Under the pieces are notes generated by a model, which saw only the letters and a program-made list of their open reading frames with translations, was not told the DNA's origin and ran no database searches. A DNA stretch of 64,000 nucleotides. Origin: Octopus sinensis (Eukaryota). The position numbers were made by a program, and so were the translations under genes. Below are positions 13,549 through 26,149 of the stretch, in pieces. Where the stretch lies: NCBI RefSeq assembly GCF_006345805.1, contig NC_043002.1, positions 90,768,001 to 90,832,000 on the forward strand, written 5' to 3'. Position 1 is the stretch's first letter. Each line of letters starts with the position of its first letter.

Positions 13549-13835
13549 TACTCTTTTTACTCTTTTACTTGTTTCAGTCATTTGACTGAGGCCATGCTGG
13601 AGCACCACCTTTAGTTGAGTAAATTGACCCCAGGACTTATTCTTAGCAAGCCTAGTACATATTTTATCGGTCATTGTGCCGGACGTAAACACACCACCAT
13701 TGGTCGTCAAGTGATCTTGGGGGGAACAAACATAGACACGCAAACATAGACACATACACATACATACATACACACACACATATATATATATATATACATA
13801 CGACAGGCTTCTTTCAGTTTCCGTCTCCCAAATCC
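13549..13835 (-). mobile_element. SINE family A, 5'-truncated, tail-to-tail with 13114-13524
   Basis: Reverse complement of the family A 3' two-thirds. Confidence 0.85.
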
Positions 13836-14081
13836 GAAAAGATCCAACAATGCTAACTTGTTGAGTTACATAATTTTAAGCAAAAGGTGTGTTAAATCAT
13901 TTGATAAACAGAGATCGAAAAAATAACTTCCTGATTATTAATTTATAACCTTATATATGACTAAAACTATTGAGCGTCTTAAATAAGAATCAGCAAGTGC
14001 CAAGGGAAATAACTCTGTCGAAAAATATGCAATAATTACTTATTATATTATTTATTTTATGTATTTTAGATATGCGATTAT

Positions 14082-14793
14082 GGATCTTTTCGGTTTGAAC
14101 GGCAGTTTTTTTTAATAATTTCTATGTAAAAAAAATTTCAAACTTCGTATACTGGTAGAATGTGTTTATAAAACATCTTTTTCTCTTGGCTTTATTGAGA
14201 ATAATTCTATAGTTTGTAAGATATTTTCTTCAAATGTGGCAATTTCAATCAATCAATGACGTCTATTGAGGTGAAAATTTTCTGGCGGTTAATTATTTAC
14301 ATTTGTGAAGAAAAAGAGATACCCTTCCTCCAACCCCTAACCCTAACCTAAACCCTAACCCTAACCTTAACCCTAACCCTAACCCTAACTCTAACCCTAA
14401 AACAGATTGATACTAGGGTCATAATTATGGGTGGACACTAAAGAGGGAACAGTTTTGTTGTCCAGCTCTGTTTACGAGTAATCCTCAGTTTATGGCCACA
14501 GGGTATCTTTTTTCTCATAAAAAACAGGGACATTTTCATATGATGCCGCCATAAAATGTTACGGCAGAAATCGCTTTCACTTCAATAGACGTCATTGATT
14601 GGTTGAAATTGCCGAAATGCAAGAAAAACAACTACAAATTGAAGACCAAATATCTTACAAACAATAGAATTTTCTCAAGAAAGCCAAGAGAAAAAGATGT
14701 TTTATAAACACATTCTACCAATATACGAAGTTTAAAATTTTTTAATTACATAGAAATTATTTTAAAAAACTGCCATTCAAACGGAAAAGATCC
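14082..14793. mobile_element. MITE family F (GGATCTTTTCGGTTTGAACGGCAG TIR, 8-bp TSD), long-TIR variant with (CCCTAA)~11
   Basis: TSD gcgattat/gggattat; about 200-bp inverted arms; telomeric hexamers at 14335-14400. Confidence 0.85.
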
Positions 14794-15427
14794 GGGATTA
14801 TTTACTGAATAAATACGTTTTTATTGTTTGTTTTTAAAGAAGAAATATGCAGGTTTACTTAGCTAGAAGAGAGATAGCAAGGGAGATAATTGAACATTTG
14901 TATGAGTTATTGCCCTTAGATAATTTCTCACTTTGCGTCTTTTCAATTTGTATTTGTTTTATATATAAAATCCATAGATAAAAAAAAAAATGAGATATCA
15001 TTTGATTATTGCTAATAACCTGAAGGAAACCAGAAATCCTAAAGGTCTCTAAAGCTGAATATAATTAAAGATCAAATATAGATATATTTTTTTAATATGT
15101 TAGAGCTTTGATGCTGTAGCCAAAAGTTTCTGCTTTCATTAATTCAAAGATAATTTGCCTGAAATAAAATGGAAGAACTAATCTATAATACATAATGTAA
15201 TATATGTATATATAAAAGTAATTATTTGGACTGTGAATATATGCCAAATGGTATGCCAATTAAAGCACTTTCACCATGTCGGCTACCTGATGTCATCTAC
15301 AGTTATGATATAATTGTCACCAGATCCATGTCAAGAATTCCACTATGTTCATTGAGTTTATAATGAGGTAAATGGAAATGGATTTAACAAGAATCTTTTT
15401 AAAATTCTTGCTAAATACATTTTCCAT

Positions 15428-15484
<57 letters not shown>

Positions 15485-15735
15485 TGTAAAGCATAAATCC
15501 AAATAAGAAGCATATTCTAATTATAGAGCAGTATATTATGTAAATAAAGTTAGATTAGGCAGGTTTATGGGATTACCCTGGGTTTTACACCCATATGGCA
15601 TTTTGCTTTATGGCATAACATCAAATCTCACAACCTGTTGGCTTAAGGCCTCTCTAGCGAGTGACATCTCTAGAATATGGAGGGGGAAAGGGCCTTGCTA
15701 CTCAATGTCAACAACAAGGGATTTTCTCTGTTTGG

Positions 15736-16025
15736 CTATCGATTGCCAGTGACCCTGTTATCCTGTAGGTTCCAATAGGCCAGCAAGAATTTCCTGAAAT
15801 GCAAGCACAGTCCGAAAACCTCCATCCTGGAGTTAAGGATGTTCCCTGGGTTGAGGGAATCCTTTAGAATCCTCACCTGTTCCACTATGCATAGTTTACA
15901 GTGCTTGGAACCATTTACGTAGGGGCGTGGATTTTCTAGGATTCTCCATAATATTTTGTATGGAATTCCTTCATATTTTAGCTGCCATACATGACTGGCT
16001 AATGACGTATCTCCTTTCTGGTATC
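15736..16025 (-). pseudogene. Penelope-like element GIY-YIG endonuclease C-terminal fragment
   Basis: TSLASHVWQLK...YKILWRILENPRPYVNGSKHCKLCIVEQVRIL...LNSRMEVFGLCLHFRKFLL matches the Penelope ORF end (T.LS.H.W.LK...W.IL...PY...C.LC..E...N.R.E...C.H..KF). Confidence 0.8.
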
Positions 16026-16582
16026 CTGAAGGAGGATCTGTGGCTGGAGTTGGCGGTGCTATGATGGTTGGTGTTGCTACTACAGCTGTTGTTGGTACTG
16101 GCGCTGTGATGCTACCACTGCCAGTGTTGGTAATGTCGTTGACCATAACAACAGCAATAACAACGCCAGTACCAACAATAGCAGTAGTAGCAATGCCACC
16201 ACCAACAGACAAAGTACAGCCAACATCAGCTGCTCCAGTAACACATTATTTATATTACACACACACATATATATACATGCACACACTCAGATGTATACAC
16301 ACACATACACACACTCACACACACACACACATATATACATGCACACACTCACATGTATACACACACACACACATACATACATGTACACATAACTTACTGC
16401 TAAATGAAAACTCATGTAGAGATGTTAAAAGCAGAATTGTTTAACTCATAAATGCAGAGCTGTTTAATTGTATAAGTATTTAATCCAGTGACTTGTGGCC
16501 AAAAATTATATACAATAAACTGGTCAAACAACTACAATGCACAAAATATTTTAACAATTCTTTCATACAACTCCTAATAATA

Positions 16583-16912
16583 TCTTTATATATAAAAGTG
16601 AAGTTGTGTGTCTGTCTCCTACGATTTAGATTCCTAACTATTCCCACATTTTGCGGTACCTTCTGGGTATTAGCACGCGTCTACGATTTTTAAAATAATT
16701 TACCATCATTTTTTCCATTTTAATGCATTTTTTCGCTATTATATAAGGGAAGTAACTCTCTAAAAATGTCTACGATGAATCAACGATTTAAAAAAAAATT
16801 TACCATCGTTTTTTTTTCCATTTTGAATGCATTTTTTTGGCTATAACTCTCTAAAAATGCTTATATAGTTATTTCCCTTACAAACCCGAGCAACGCCGGG
16901 CAATACTGCTAG
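16583..16912 (+). mobile_element. Non-autonomous Helitron family E (internally deleted)
   Basis: A|TC 5' end; CCCGAGCAACGCCGGG hairpin plus CTAG|T 3' end; no TSD. Confidence 0.85.
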
Positions 16913-16980
16913 TTTAATTATAAAAATACAATAGGATTCTTTTTAAGGCATCAAATGGCTGTGGGTATCCAGTAGAATAA

Positions 16981-17213
16981 AAGGTGGCGAACAGGCAGAA
17001 TCGTTAGAAAGCTGGGCGAAATGCTTAGCGGTATTTCATCTGCCATTACGTTCTGACCTCAAATTCTGCTGAGGTTTACTTTGCCTTTCATCCTTTTGGG
17101 GTTGATAAATTAAGTACCAGTTATGCATCAGGGTCAATGTAATTGACTTAATTCTTTTGTCTCTCCTTATTTGTCCCCTCTATATTTAGCCCCTTGTGGG
17201 CAATAGAGAAATA
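16981..17213 (+). mobile_element. SINE family C
   Basis: Family C head, central domain and tail. Confidence 0.8.
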
Positions 17214-17349
17214 AGGATAAAATGGGAATCAAAGGGGTCCATAGAAAAAATATGAGAACCAAGGATTTGATCAATAACAGTGATGATAATAGGGTTGCTG
17301 ATGGAAAACTTCATTGCACATTTTCCTTAAATGTATTCAAATCTTGGTG

Positions 17350-17548
17350 CAAGACCAGCAATTTGTGGGAAGGAGTTAAGTCAATTGCATTGACCCCCAG
17401 TGCTCAGCTGGTACTTATTTTATAGACCCTGAAAGGATGAAAGAGGAAGTGAACCTTAGTGGAATTTGAACTCAGAACATAAAGCTGAACAAAATGCTGC
17501 TGAGCTTTTTGCCCAGCTTACTAACAATTCTACCAGCTCACCACCTTA
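17350..17548 (-). mobile_element. SINE family C (alternative tail)
   Basis: Reverse complement of the family C head and central domain. Confidence 0.7.
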
Positions 17549-17568
17549 AATTTTACTTATATATCAAA

Positions 17569-17966
17569 CTAGCAGTATCGCCCGGCGTTGCTCGTGTTTG
17601 TAAGGGAAATAACTATATAAGCATTTTTAGAGAGTTATAGCCAAAAACTAGCAAAAAAATGCATTAAAAATGGAAAAAAAATGATGGTAAATTTTTTTTT
17701 AAATCGTTGACTCATCGTAGACATTTTTAGAGAGTTACTTCCCTTATATAATAGCGAAAAAATGCATTAAAATGGAAAAAAAATGATGGTAAATTTTTTT
17801 TAAATCGTAGACTCATCGTAGACACGCGCTAATACCCAGAAGGGCTCGATATGAATCACAACTATAAGATACCCGGTTTTGGTTAAACTGCACCGCAAAA
17901 TGTGGGAGTAGTTAGGAATCTAAATCGTAGGAGACAGACACACAACTTGACTTTTATATATAAAGA
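17569..17966 (-). mobile_element. Non-autonomous Helitron family E, full length
   Basis: CTAG at 17569-72, subterminal hairpin, GA|T at 17965-67; near-identical to 47453-47848. Confidence 0.88.
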
Positions 17967-18009
17967 TATATGTTTCAGTAAATAAATTTTTCCAATATGT
18001 TCTTTAATT

Positions 18010-18428
18010 CTTTTACTTATTTCAGTCATTTGACTGCAGCCATGCTGGGTTACTGCTTTAAAGGGTTTTAGTAAAAAAAATCAACCCCAGGTGCTATTTC
18101 TAGTACTTATTCTACTGGTCTCCTAGGCTGAATTGTTAAAGTACAGGGATATAAACACACCAACACTGGTTGCTAATTGTTGATAGAGTGGGGATGTGGA
18201 GGTAAACATACATACATACATACATACATACATGCATACATGCATACATACATACATACATACATACATGCATACATGCATACACATGATGGGCTTCTGT
18301 CACCTTCTGTCTATCAAATCCACTCAAGAGACTTTGTTTGACCCAAGTCTATAGTAGAAGATATGTGCCCAAACCCATCATCATGGGTTGGGAAGCAAGC
18401 TTCTTACCACACAGCCACACCTGCGCCT
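18010..18428 (-). mobile_element. SINE family A, diverged
   Basis: Family A reverse complement with internal (CATA)n. Confidence 0.75.
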
Positions 18429-18582
18429 ATGTGTAAACTTACTTTTCATTTGTGCCTATCTTATGCCTTTACCAATGTTATCTCTTTGTCTTAGTACTAA
18501 AAATCTCCCAGTGTATGTATATCATTCATTCCTTTTTCAGTATATCTGTTTATCGCTTTGACTCCTCTTATCTTCATTTTGA

Positions 18583-18771
<189 letters not shown>

Positions 18772-18782
18772 TAACTAAAAAA

Positions 18783-19017
18783 AAGGGGGCGAGCTGGCAG
18801 AAATGTTAGCATGCTGGGCGAAATGCTTAGTGGTATTTTGTCTGCCGCTACATTCTGAGTTCAAATTCTGCCGAGGTTGACTTTGCCTTTCATCCTTTTG
18901 GGGTCGATTAAAAAAGTACCAGTTATGCACTGGGGTCGATATAATCGACTTAATCCATTTGTCTGTCCTTGTTTGTCCCCTCTGCATGTAGCCCCTTGTG
19001 GGTAATAAAGAAATAAG
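18783..19017 (+). mobile_element. SINE family C
   Basis: Full family C sequence about 85 nt downstream of the PH1 exon donor. Confidence 0.85.
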
Positions 19018-19269
19018 AAAATGCAACCAAAACTGCATGCACAGTACATAGAATGATGCATAGAAAGTAAACAATGAATAAATTGTTAAAAAAAAGGAAA
19101 AAAAAAGAAACATGGGTTGTGGGGTATCAGGTGTACCATTGGTGAATTTCAGGAAACTAGGACATTTTGAAGGATGTAGTGTTTTGACAGCTATCTACTG
19201 ATGCAGGTAGCTTATTCCACGCTTCAGCAATTCTGTGTGTGAAATAATGATTCCGAAGGTCATGGGTGC

Positions 19270-19484
19270 TGTGTTGAATTTTTTAATTTTTTACTTGTTT
19301 CAGTCATTAGACTGTGGCCATGCTGGGGCATCACCATGAATAAATTTTTAGTCAAATGATTCAATCCCAGTACTTTTCTTTTTTTTTAAGCTTGGTATTT
19401 ACTCTATTGCTCTCTTTTGCCAAACTGCTAAGTTATAGGGATATAAACACACCAACACCGGTTGATAAGTGGTGGTGAGGGAAA

Positions 19485-19525
<41 letters not shown>

Positions 19526-19703
19526 CACATGCACACACACACATACACAAACACACACATGCACATAACACTTACAACAGGCTTCTTTCAGTTTCCTTTT
19601 ATCAAATCCACTATAGTTGAATACACTTGCCCAAGGTGCCATTCAGTGGGACTGAACTGGGATCCATGTGGTTGAGAAGGAAGCTTCTTACCACGCAGCC
19701 ATG
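19270..19703 (-). mobile_element. SINE family A, diverged
   Basis: Family A reverse complement with internal (CA)n. Confidence 0.75.
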
Positions 19704-19965
19704 CATGGACGTTTAACAATTAGTACCGAACAAATACCAAACGCATTTATATTATTTCACATTACTACATTTGTCCAACCATGTAGTGTTTAAGAGTTAA
19801 TTACTCAATTAATATGAAATACATTAATCAAGATGGCAAGCTGGCTAAATCACCAGCATGCTGGGAACGTGTTTAACAGCATTTCGTCTGTCTTCATGTT
19901 CTAAGTTCAACTTCTGCCAGGGTCGACTTTGCCTTTCATCCTGTCCAGATTTATAACATAAGTAC

Positions 19966-20275
19966 CGGAGGCACATGGTCTATTGGTTAGAGCAGCGGAC
20001 TCGCGGTCGAGAGATCGCGGGTTCGAATCTCAGACCAGGTGATGTGTGTGTTTATGACCAAAACACCTAAGCTCCACGCAGCTCCAGCAGAAGGTAATGG
20101 CGAACTTCTGCTGATTCTTTCGCCACAACTTTCTCTCACTCTTTCCTCCTGCATCTTGCAGCTCACCTGCGACGGACCGGCGTTCCGTCCAGGTGGGGAA
20201 CCTATACGCTAAGGAAACCGGGAAACTGGCCCTTATGCACCAGGCATGGCTCAAGAAGGAACAAGTAGTAGTAAG
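19966..20275 (+). mobile_element. SINE family B, head-1/tail-1 (V-domain-like), inserted into a family C copy (19833-19965 + 20288-20365)
   Basis: 12-bp TSD taacataagtac (19954-65 / 20276-87); the host SINE resumes after the insertion. Confidence 0.85.
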
Positions 20276-20394
20276 TAACATAAGTACTAGTTGAACAGCA
20301 GGGTTGATATAATCAGCTTACTCTCTCCTTCAAACTTGGTGGGCCTTGTGCCAAAATTTGAAACCAATATTAAATACATTTATATTATCGTATA

Positions 20395-20651
20395 TAAGCC
20401 TCGACTGGCTTCCGTGCAGGTGGCACGTAAAATGCACCAATCCGACCGTGGCCGATGCCAGCCTCGCCTGGCACCAGTGCAGGTGGCACGTAAAAAGCAC
20501 CCACTACACTCACGGAGTGGTTGGCGTTAGGAAGGGCATTCAGCTGTAGAAACATTGCCAGATAAGACCGGAGCCTGGTGCAGCCTTCTGGCTTCCCAGA
20601 TCCCCGGTCGAACCGTCCAACCCATGCTAGCATGGAGAATGGACGTTAAAC

Positions 20652-20682
<31 letters not shown>
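20395..20682 (+). mobile_element. Family D RTE-tail element
   Basis: Two pseudoknot-type units, ggttggcgttaggaagggc body, (GAT)n tail. Confidence 0.85.
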
Positions 20683-20778
20683 AGAATTAATCTGTCTATA
20701 TTTTCAGAGTGGACTTATGAAATTATGAGTCTTGTTGCTCTAAAATTATTTGTGCTTATCTGCGTACATATACATACA

Positions 20779-21203
20779 GGCATAGGAGTGGCTGTCTGGT
20801 AAGTAGGCGTAGGAGTGGCTGTGTAGTAAGTAGCTTGCTTATGAACCACACGGTTCCGGGTTCAGTCCCACTGTGTGGCACCTAGGGCAAGTGTCTTCTT
20901 CTATAGCCTTGGGCCGACCAAAGCCTTTTGAGTGGATTTGGTAGACGGAAACTGAAAAAAGCCCATCGTATATATGTATATATATACATATATATATATA
21001 TATGTGTGTCTGTGTTTGTCCCCCCAACATCGCTTGACATGCGATGCTGGTGTTTTTACGTCCCTGTAACTTAGCAGTTCAGGAAAAGGGACCGATAGAA
21101 TAAGTACTAGGCTTACAAAGAATAAGTCCTGGGGTCAATTCGCCCGACTAAAGGCAGTACTCCAGCATGGCCACAGTCAAATGACTGAAGTAAGTAAAAG
21201 AGA
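20779..21203 (+). mobile_element. SINE family A with a duplicated 5' head
   Basis: ggcataggagtggctgtctggtaagta is directly repeated before the body. Confidence 0.85.
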
Positions 21204-21299
21204 ATACAGTTTTATTGTATATAGATGTGCATTGTTGTTGTGCATATGTATATAAGTTTGCTGTTCATACCTGTGTAATATTGTGTATATATGTGTAAT

Positions 21300-21492
21300 A
21301 TTGATTTCAAATTTTGGCACAAGGCTAGTAATTATGGGTGTGGGTGGGTGTTCAGCAGTACTTATTTTATTGTCCCTGAAAGGGACGAAAAGCAAAGTCG
21401 ACTTCTTTGGAATTTGAACTTGGAACATAAAGACATACAAAATACCGCTAAACATTTTACCTTGAATGCTAATGATTCTGCCAGCCCAATGC
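21300..21492 (-). mobile_element. SINE family C, diverged
   Basis: Reverse complement of family C. Confidence 0.65.
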
Positions 21493-21679
21493 CCTATAAT
21501 GTGTAATATTGTCATGCATACATGTATAATTATAATGATAATAAAATATGATAAAATATAATAAAATTATAATAAAATATGATAACATCGTGTCTGACAC
21601 AATCTTAAGAGAATATGCTTCTCAAACACTTTTGAAATGGTGCCAGTTCTTTTCTACCATATAACAGATTAGATTTAAT

Positions 21680-22090
21680 TACTCTCTTTACTCTTTTACT
21701 CTTTTACTTGTTTCAGTCATTTGACTGCGGCCATGCTGGAGCACCGCCTTTAGTTGAGCAAATCAACTTATTCTTTGTAAGCCCAGTAGTTATTCTATCG
21801 GTCTCTTTTGCCGAACTGCTAAGTGACGGGGATGTAAACACACCAGCATCGGTTGTCAAGCAATGCTAGGGGGACAAACACAGACATACAAACATATACA
21901 CACACATATATATATATATACATATATACGACAGGCTTCTTTCAGTTTCCGTCTACCAAATCCACTCACAAGGCATTGGTTGGCCCGGGGCTATAGCAGA
22001 AGACACTTGCCCAAGATGCCATGCAGTGGGACTGAACCCGGAACCATGTGGTTGGTAAGCAAGCTACTTACCACACAGCCACTCCTGCGC
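21680..22090 (-). mobile_element. SINE family A, young subfamily
   Basis: Near-identical reverse complement of 13114-13524. Confidence 0.9.
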
Positions 22091-23162
22091 CTAATTGCTT
22101 ATAGTTTCTGTTAGACTCTTTTCCAAATTCACCATTGCCTTTGCTGCTAGCACCAAACCACCATCATCACTACAAAGAACCATTTATCTATCATCTCTTT
22201 TGTCTTTCATTCTTTCACATTTCATGTTTCCCTGGCTATATTAGATGAACTATTTGAAATTGTTTCACATCACTTTCTTTGCTGTCTTGTAGACAGATTT
22301 CCCGTTGGCTAATTTTCTAAAGCTACTTCAAATTCTATCTTACGGATCACTCCCTAACCGACTTCTAGGTTCCCAGTGTTAGAATGGTCAAACCCCCTCA
22401 AATATTAGTTTCTATGGTGGAATGTCGTGTGTGTGTGTGTGCGTGCGTGAGAGAAAGGGGGGGGTTACTCACTCTTGGTTCCACTAAAATATGTGGATCC
22501 TGCTGGTTCAGAATTCCCTCTACTAAATATCACTCTCTCTCCTTCCTTCCTTCCTTCCTTCCGTCCTTCCTTTCTATCTCTCTCTCCAAAATACCTTGGC
22601 AGTGATGAATAAATAATTTCTCAATTTATATGTATGCATAAGCATCATTCTTCCATGTCTCAAGGTAGCATGGCTTGCTTTGGACAGGTAATTATGATCC
22701 ATATCAATTCATATTCAGTGCTACTAACCTTCTAGGTGGGCTGAAGCACTATGCCTTGTTCTTGTGTCCCATATATGCCATGGTTTCTATGGTATCCAAC
22801 CATAGTAACCACACCAAAATGTGGTTGCAATTAGGAAATCTGTACAGAGAGTATCTATCTCTGCTCATGACTGTATTTTCTCAAACAGTAGAACACGGTA
22901 TCAGTTTATAAAAACAAAAGTTTGATATTCTTCATAGTATACTATGGTTGCATAATGAAATATCATGTCCCTACAAGTCATTAATTAATTAAAAATGTAA
23001 TACAAACTACCAGGTCTTACTTGCTCACAAGTGATGGCTAAGCTAAGACAATTACATGCATAACCTTGTGTATAGCTATATGTGTAATGTCGTTGTGTAT
23101 GTAATATGTGTCCCTAGATTTATTTTGACCTTGAGTTAACCGTCCTGTCATTTTAAGTATAT

Positions 23163-23480
23163 TTAATTCTTTAGTATTCAAATCATTCTGTCAAATGTAA
23201 TGCTTATTTATGGAAATTATTTTGAATTAATCATGCATTATCTTGCAGCTTTGAGATTTCAATGAAGTGATAGCATATTTTTGAAATGATATTATAGAGT
23301 AAGTGTGAGAGGCTAGAATTATTTTGAATTAATCATGCATTATCTTGCAGCTTTGAGATTTCAATGAAGTGATAGTATATTTTTGGAATGATATTATAGA
23401 GTAAGTGTGAGAGGCTAGATCTAGCTGGTTTTAACATAAACCAGGTAAATATGGCTGGTTTAAATGCTAAAGGATTAAAT
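23163..23480. mobile_element. piggyBac-like MITE family G with an internal tandem duplication of about 100 bp
   Basis: Family G sequence; ttttgaattaatcatgcattatcttgcagc...gaggctaga occurs twice (about 23220 and 23321). Confidence 0.65.
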
Positions 23481-24105
23481 CTTCAATATCCATTCTTTTT
23501 TTAAAGAACACAATCATTGGGCAATCATATAGAAGGTATCTCATTGATTTTTTGTATAATTTTGGACTGTTAAAGCTTCGTCCCCTGTCTTCTAGTTACA
23601 AAGGTGTGTCAAAGTTTGTCAGTAAATCTAAAAAATAGTTCTGGAAGTTTAATCTAGGTAATATCTGGAAGTCTCTAAGACTTCCAACCATCTGTAATGA
23701 ATTTTCCCATAAATTTAAGCAACTGAATATGTAAAGTTAATAACTATTATAATAATGAAATTATTGTATAGTGTTCAGGTGCCCCACAACTTGTCAAAAA
23801 GTGCGTATAAAGCATATGCAGTAATGTACAAATGTCTGGAAAGTGAACAGTGTATGAGTCAGATACATGCTTGCGTGTGTATGGAGGGGAGAAAATCAGG
23901 TGTAGTGTCGGCGAATCTCAGGAAGCATGGAAGTTTTGAAAGATTATTTATTATTAGTTTTTATTATTGTTATTATTATTTATTATTATTATGTTTTTAA
24001 TAACTAGTATTGGCTTGTTATGTCTTAACACTGTAATATACAACTGAACTGAATGCAATGCAACAATGGCGCACTAATTTGCTTCATGTATTATTTATTT
24101 ATTAG

Positions 24106-24192
24106 CATGATGTGTTGAGAAAACCTCAGGGACACATACGTCTGGATATGCAGACCAAGATAAATAAATCACAAGGCCAACTGACCTTTGAG
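24106..24192 (+). CDS. PLEKHH1/PLEKHH2: PH domain 1 exon (HDVLRKPQGHIRLDMQTKINKSQGQLTFE); absent from the ORF track
   Basis: attag acceptor, gtaaga donor; 87 nt, phase 0/0; matches the PLEKHH DVIRKPQGQ motif. Confidence 0.93.
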
Positions 24193-24918
24193 GTAAGAGT
24201 AAATTTTTGTCTTTTATACTGTGAAAATCATCATTCAGATTGAAAATAGAGTGACAAAGACTTCCTAAAGTTAAGAATTCTAGGTATAGCATCAGATTCT
24301 AGATTGTTCTGCTTACATCATTTCAATTTGTAAGATTTCACCCTGTGCATTTTTCTTGGTGAACTTCTAGGTTTGGAGACTGATGTATCATGAAACATTT
24401 ATTAGTGTTGAGCATTTCTCTCGCTCTCTCTCTTCCTATCTTATCAATAATAATAAACACGAAGTTCTGTCTGTCCATCTGGGATCCCTGTATCTCAGTC
24501 TACATCTGCTCTACATAGACATATCATACCCTTTTGGAATAAGGGTGATCTTGGGATTGAAAATCTGCCCTTCATTCGGTTCTTGGGCATCCAGCATTGG
24601 AATCGGGTTTGAATGAAGATTTGTTATATGATAATAGTTGAAAATTCAAATTTTAGTAGAATTCCAAAATTTGGGAAATTACAAGATTTTCATTTAAACT
24701 GAATTTAAAATAACACCATATTGGAAGGGTACAATATATGCTTTATTAATATTATTGCTCCCCTTAGATTTGGGCTACAGGCCCAATTAGCCCTTTGCAG
24801 GAGCCAACGTAAAAGTCTGCACAGAGTGCAGCTTTTAAGCAAGAATATGTATGCATGCATATATGCATGTATGTATGATGTATGTATGTATGTATATATG
24901 TATGTATGTATGTATGTA

Positions 24919-25272
24919 TTTAAGGACTGTGTCAAGTCCTCGTTAAAGGCTTTTGATATACAGGACACTGACTGGGAGAACAATGCCTGTCATCGCCACA
25001 GATGGAGGAAGCAGGTTAAGGAGGGGATCGACACTTTTGAGAGAGCAAGTATCCAGCATGAAGAACTTAAGCGAGCTGTGCAAAAGCGCACGGCTCGTAT
25101 AGTGAATGGGGAAAGCTTGGTCTGCAATGTTTGCAGTCGTGTATGCTTGTCAAGAGCAGGGCTAATTAGCCACCAACGGAGCCGCAAATGCAAAATATAA
25201 GTTAGTCCTAGAGCGCACAATGTTCTTGAAGGTCGGCAATGGTCTTCCTCGGTCACAAGTGGATGGCCATCA
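24919..25272 (+). mobile_element. 5'-truncated RTE-clade LINE 3' end with a C-terminal zinc-finger motif
   Basis: KDCVKSSLKAFDIQDTDWENNACHRHRWRKQVKEG...CNVCSRVCLSRAGLISHQR; short 3' UTR then (GTAT)n. Confidence 0.85.
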
Positions 25273-25523
25273 TGTATGTATGTATGTATGTATGTATGCA
25301 TGGGTGGATGGATGGTTGAATGGATGGATGGATGGATTCATTCATTCATTCATTCATTCAAATGCAGGTGTTATTCAAATCATTTACACTTCCAGCATAT
25401 GTTTTGAAAAAAGCATTGAGATTATTCCAGAGGGAATAAAAATGATGTAAAACAATACAATCATCTCATCAAGGAAAAAAAAGGAACAAAACACATCAAT
25501 AAGCCATTTTAACTGAATGTGAT

Positions 25524-25569
<46 letters not shown>

Positions 25570-25756
25570 ATATATATATAATTGGCACATTATATCATAA
25601 GGGCTTCATATGTGACACAAAACATGTTGAAGTTTTTAAACAATCATCATGAGTTTTAATCCAGAATAAAAAAAAAAAAATCTCCTGGCATCTTATGGAA
25701 ACAGTGATGGTTTATATCAGCCAAACCAGTAGATAAAATTAATGAAAAAAAGTTTG

Positions 25757-26149
25757 TGAAATTGTCACCCATAATTATGACCCTAGTATTGATCTATTGC
25801 ATTTCAATCTATTTTAGGGTTAGGGTTAGTTAGGGTTAGGGTTAGGGATGGGGAGAAGGGTATCTTTTTTTCTTCAAAAATGTAAATAAACCCAATCTTT
25901 TTTTTTAAACGAGGGACATATTCATACAGCACAGAATGTTTTTTTTTTACCTCAATAGACGTCAGTAATTGGTTGAATTTGCAGAAATTGAAGAAAAAAA
26001 CAACAAATATCTTACAAACTATAGAATTTTCTCAATAAAGCCAAGAGAAAAAGATGTTTTATAAACACATTCTACCAGTATACGAAGTTTAAAATTTTTT
26101 AGTTACCTAGAAATTATGTTAAAAACTGCCGTTCAAACCAAAAAGATCC
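25757..26149. mobile_element. MITE family F, left end truncated, (TTAGGG)~5
   Basis: Right TIR aaaaactgccgttcaaaccaaaaagatcc; internal sequence as in 30367-30775. Confidence 0.8.

Noticed and set aside
14335-14400. True telomere or chromosome-fusion scar
   Set aside because: The tract is short and internal to a MITE with TIRs and a TSD, and is repeated in other copies of that MITE.
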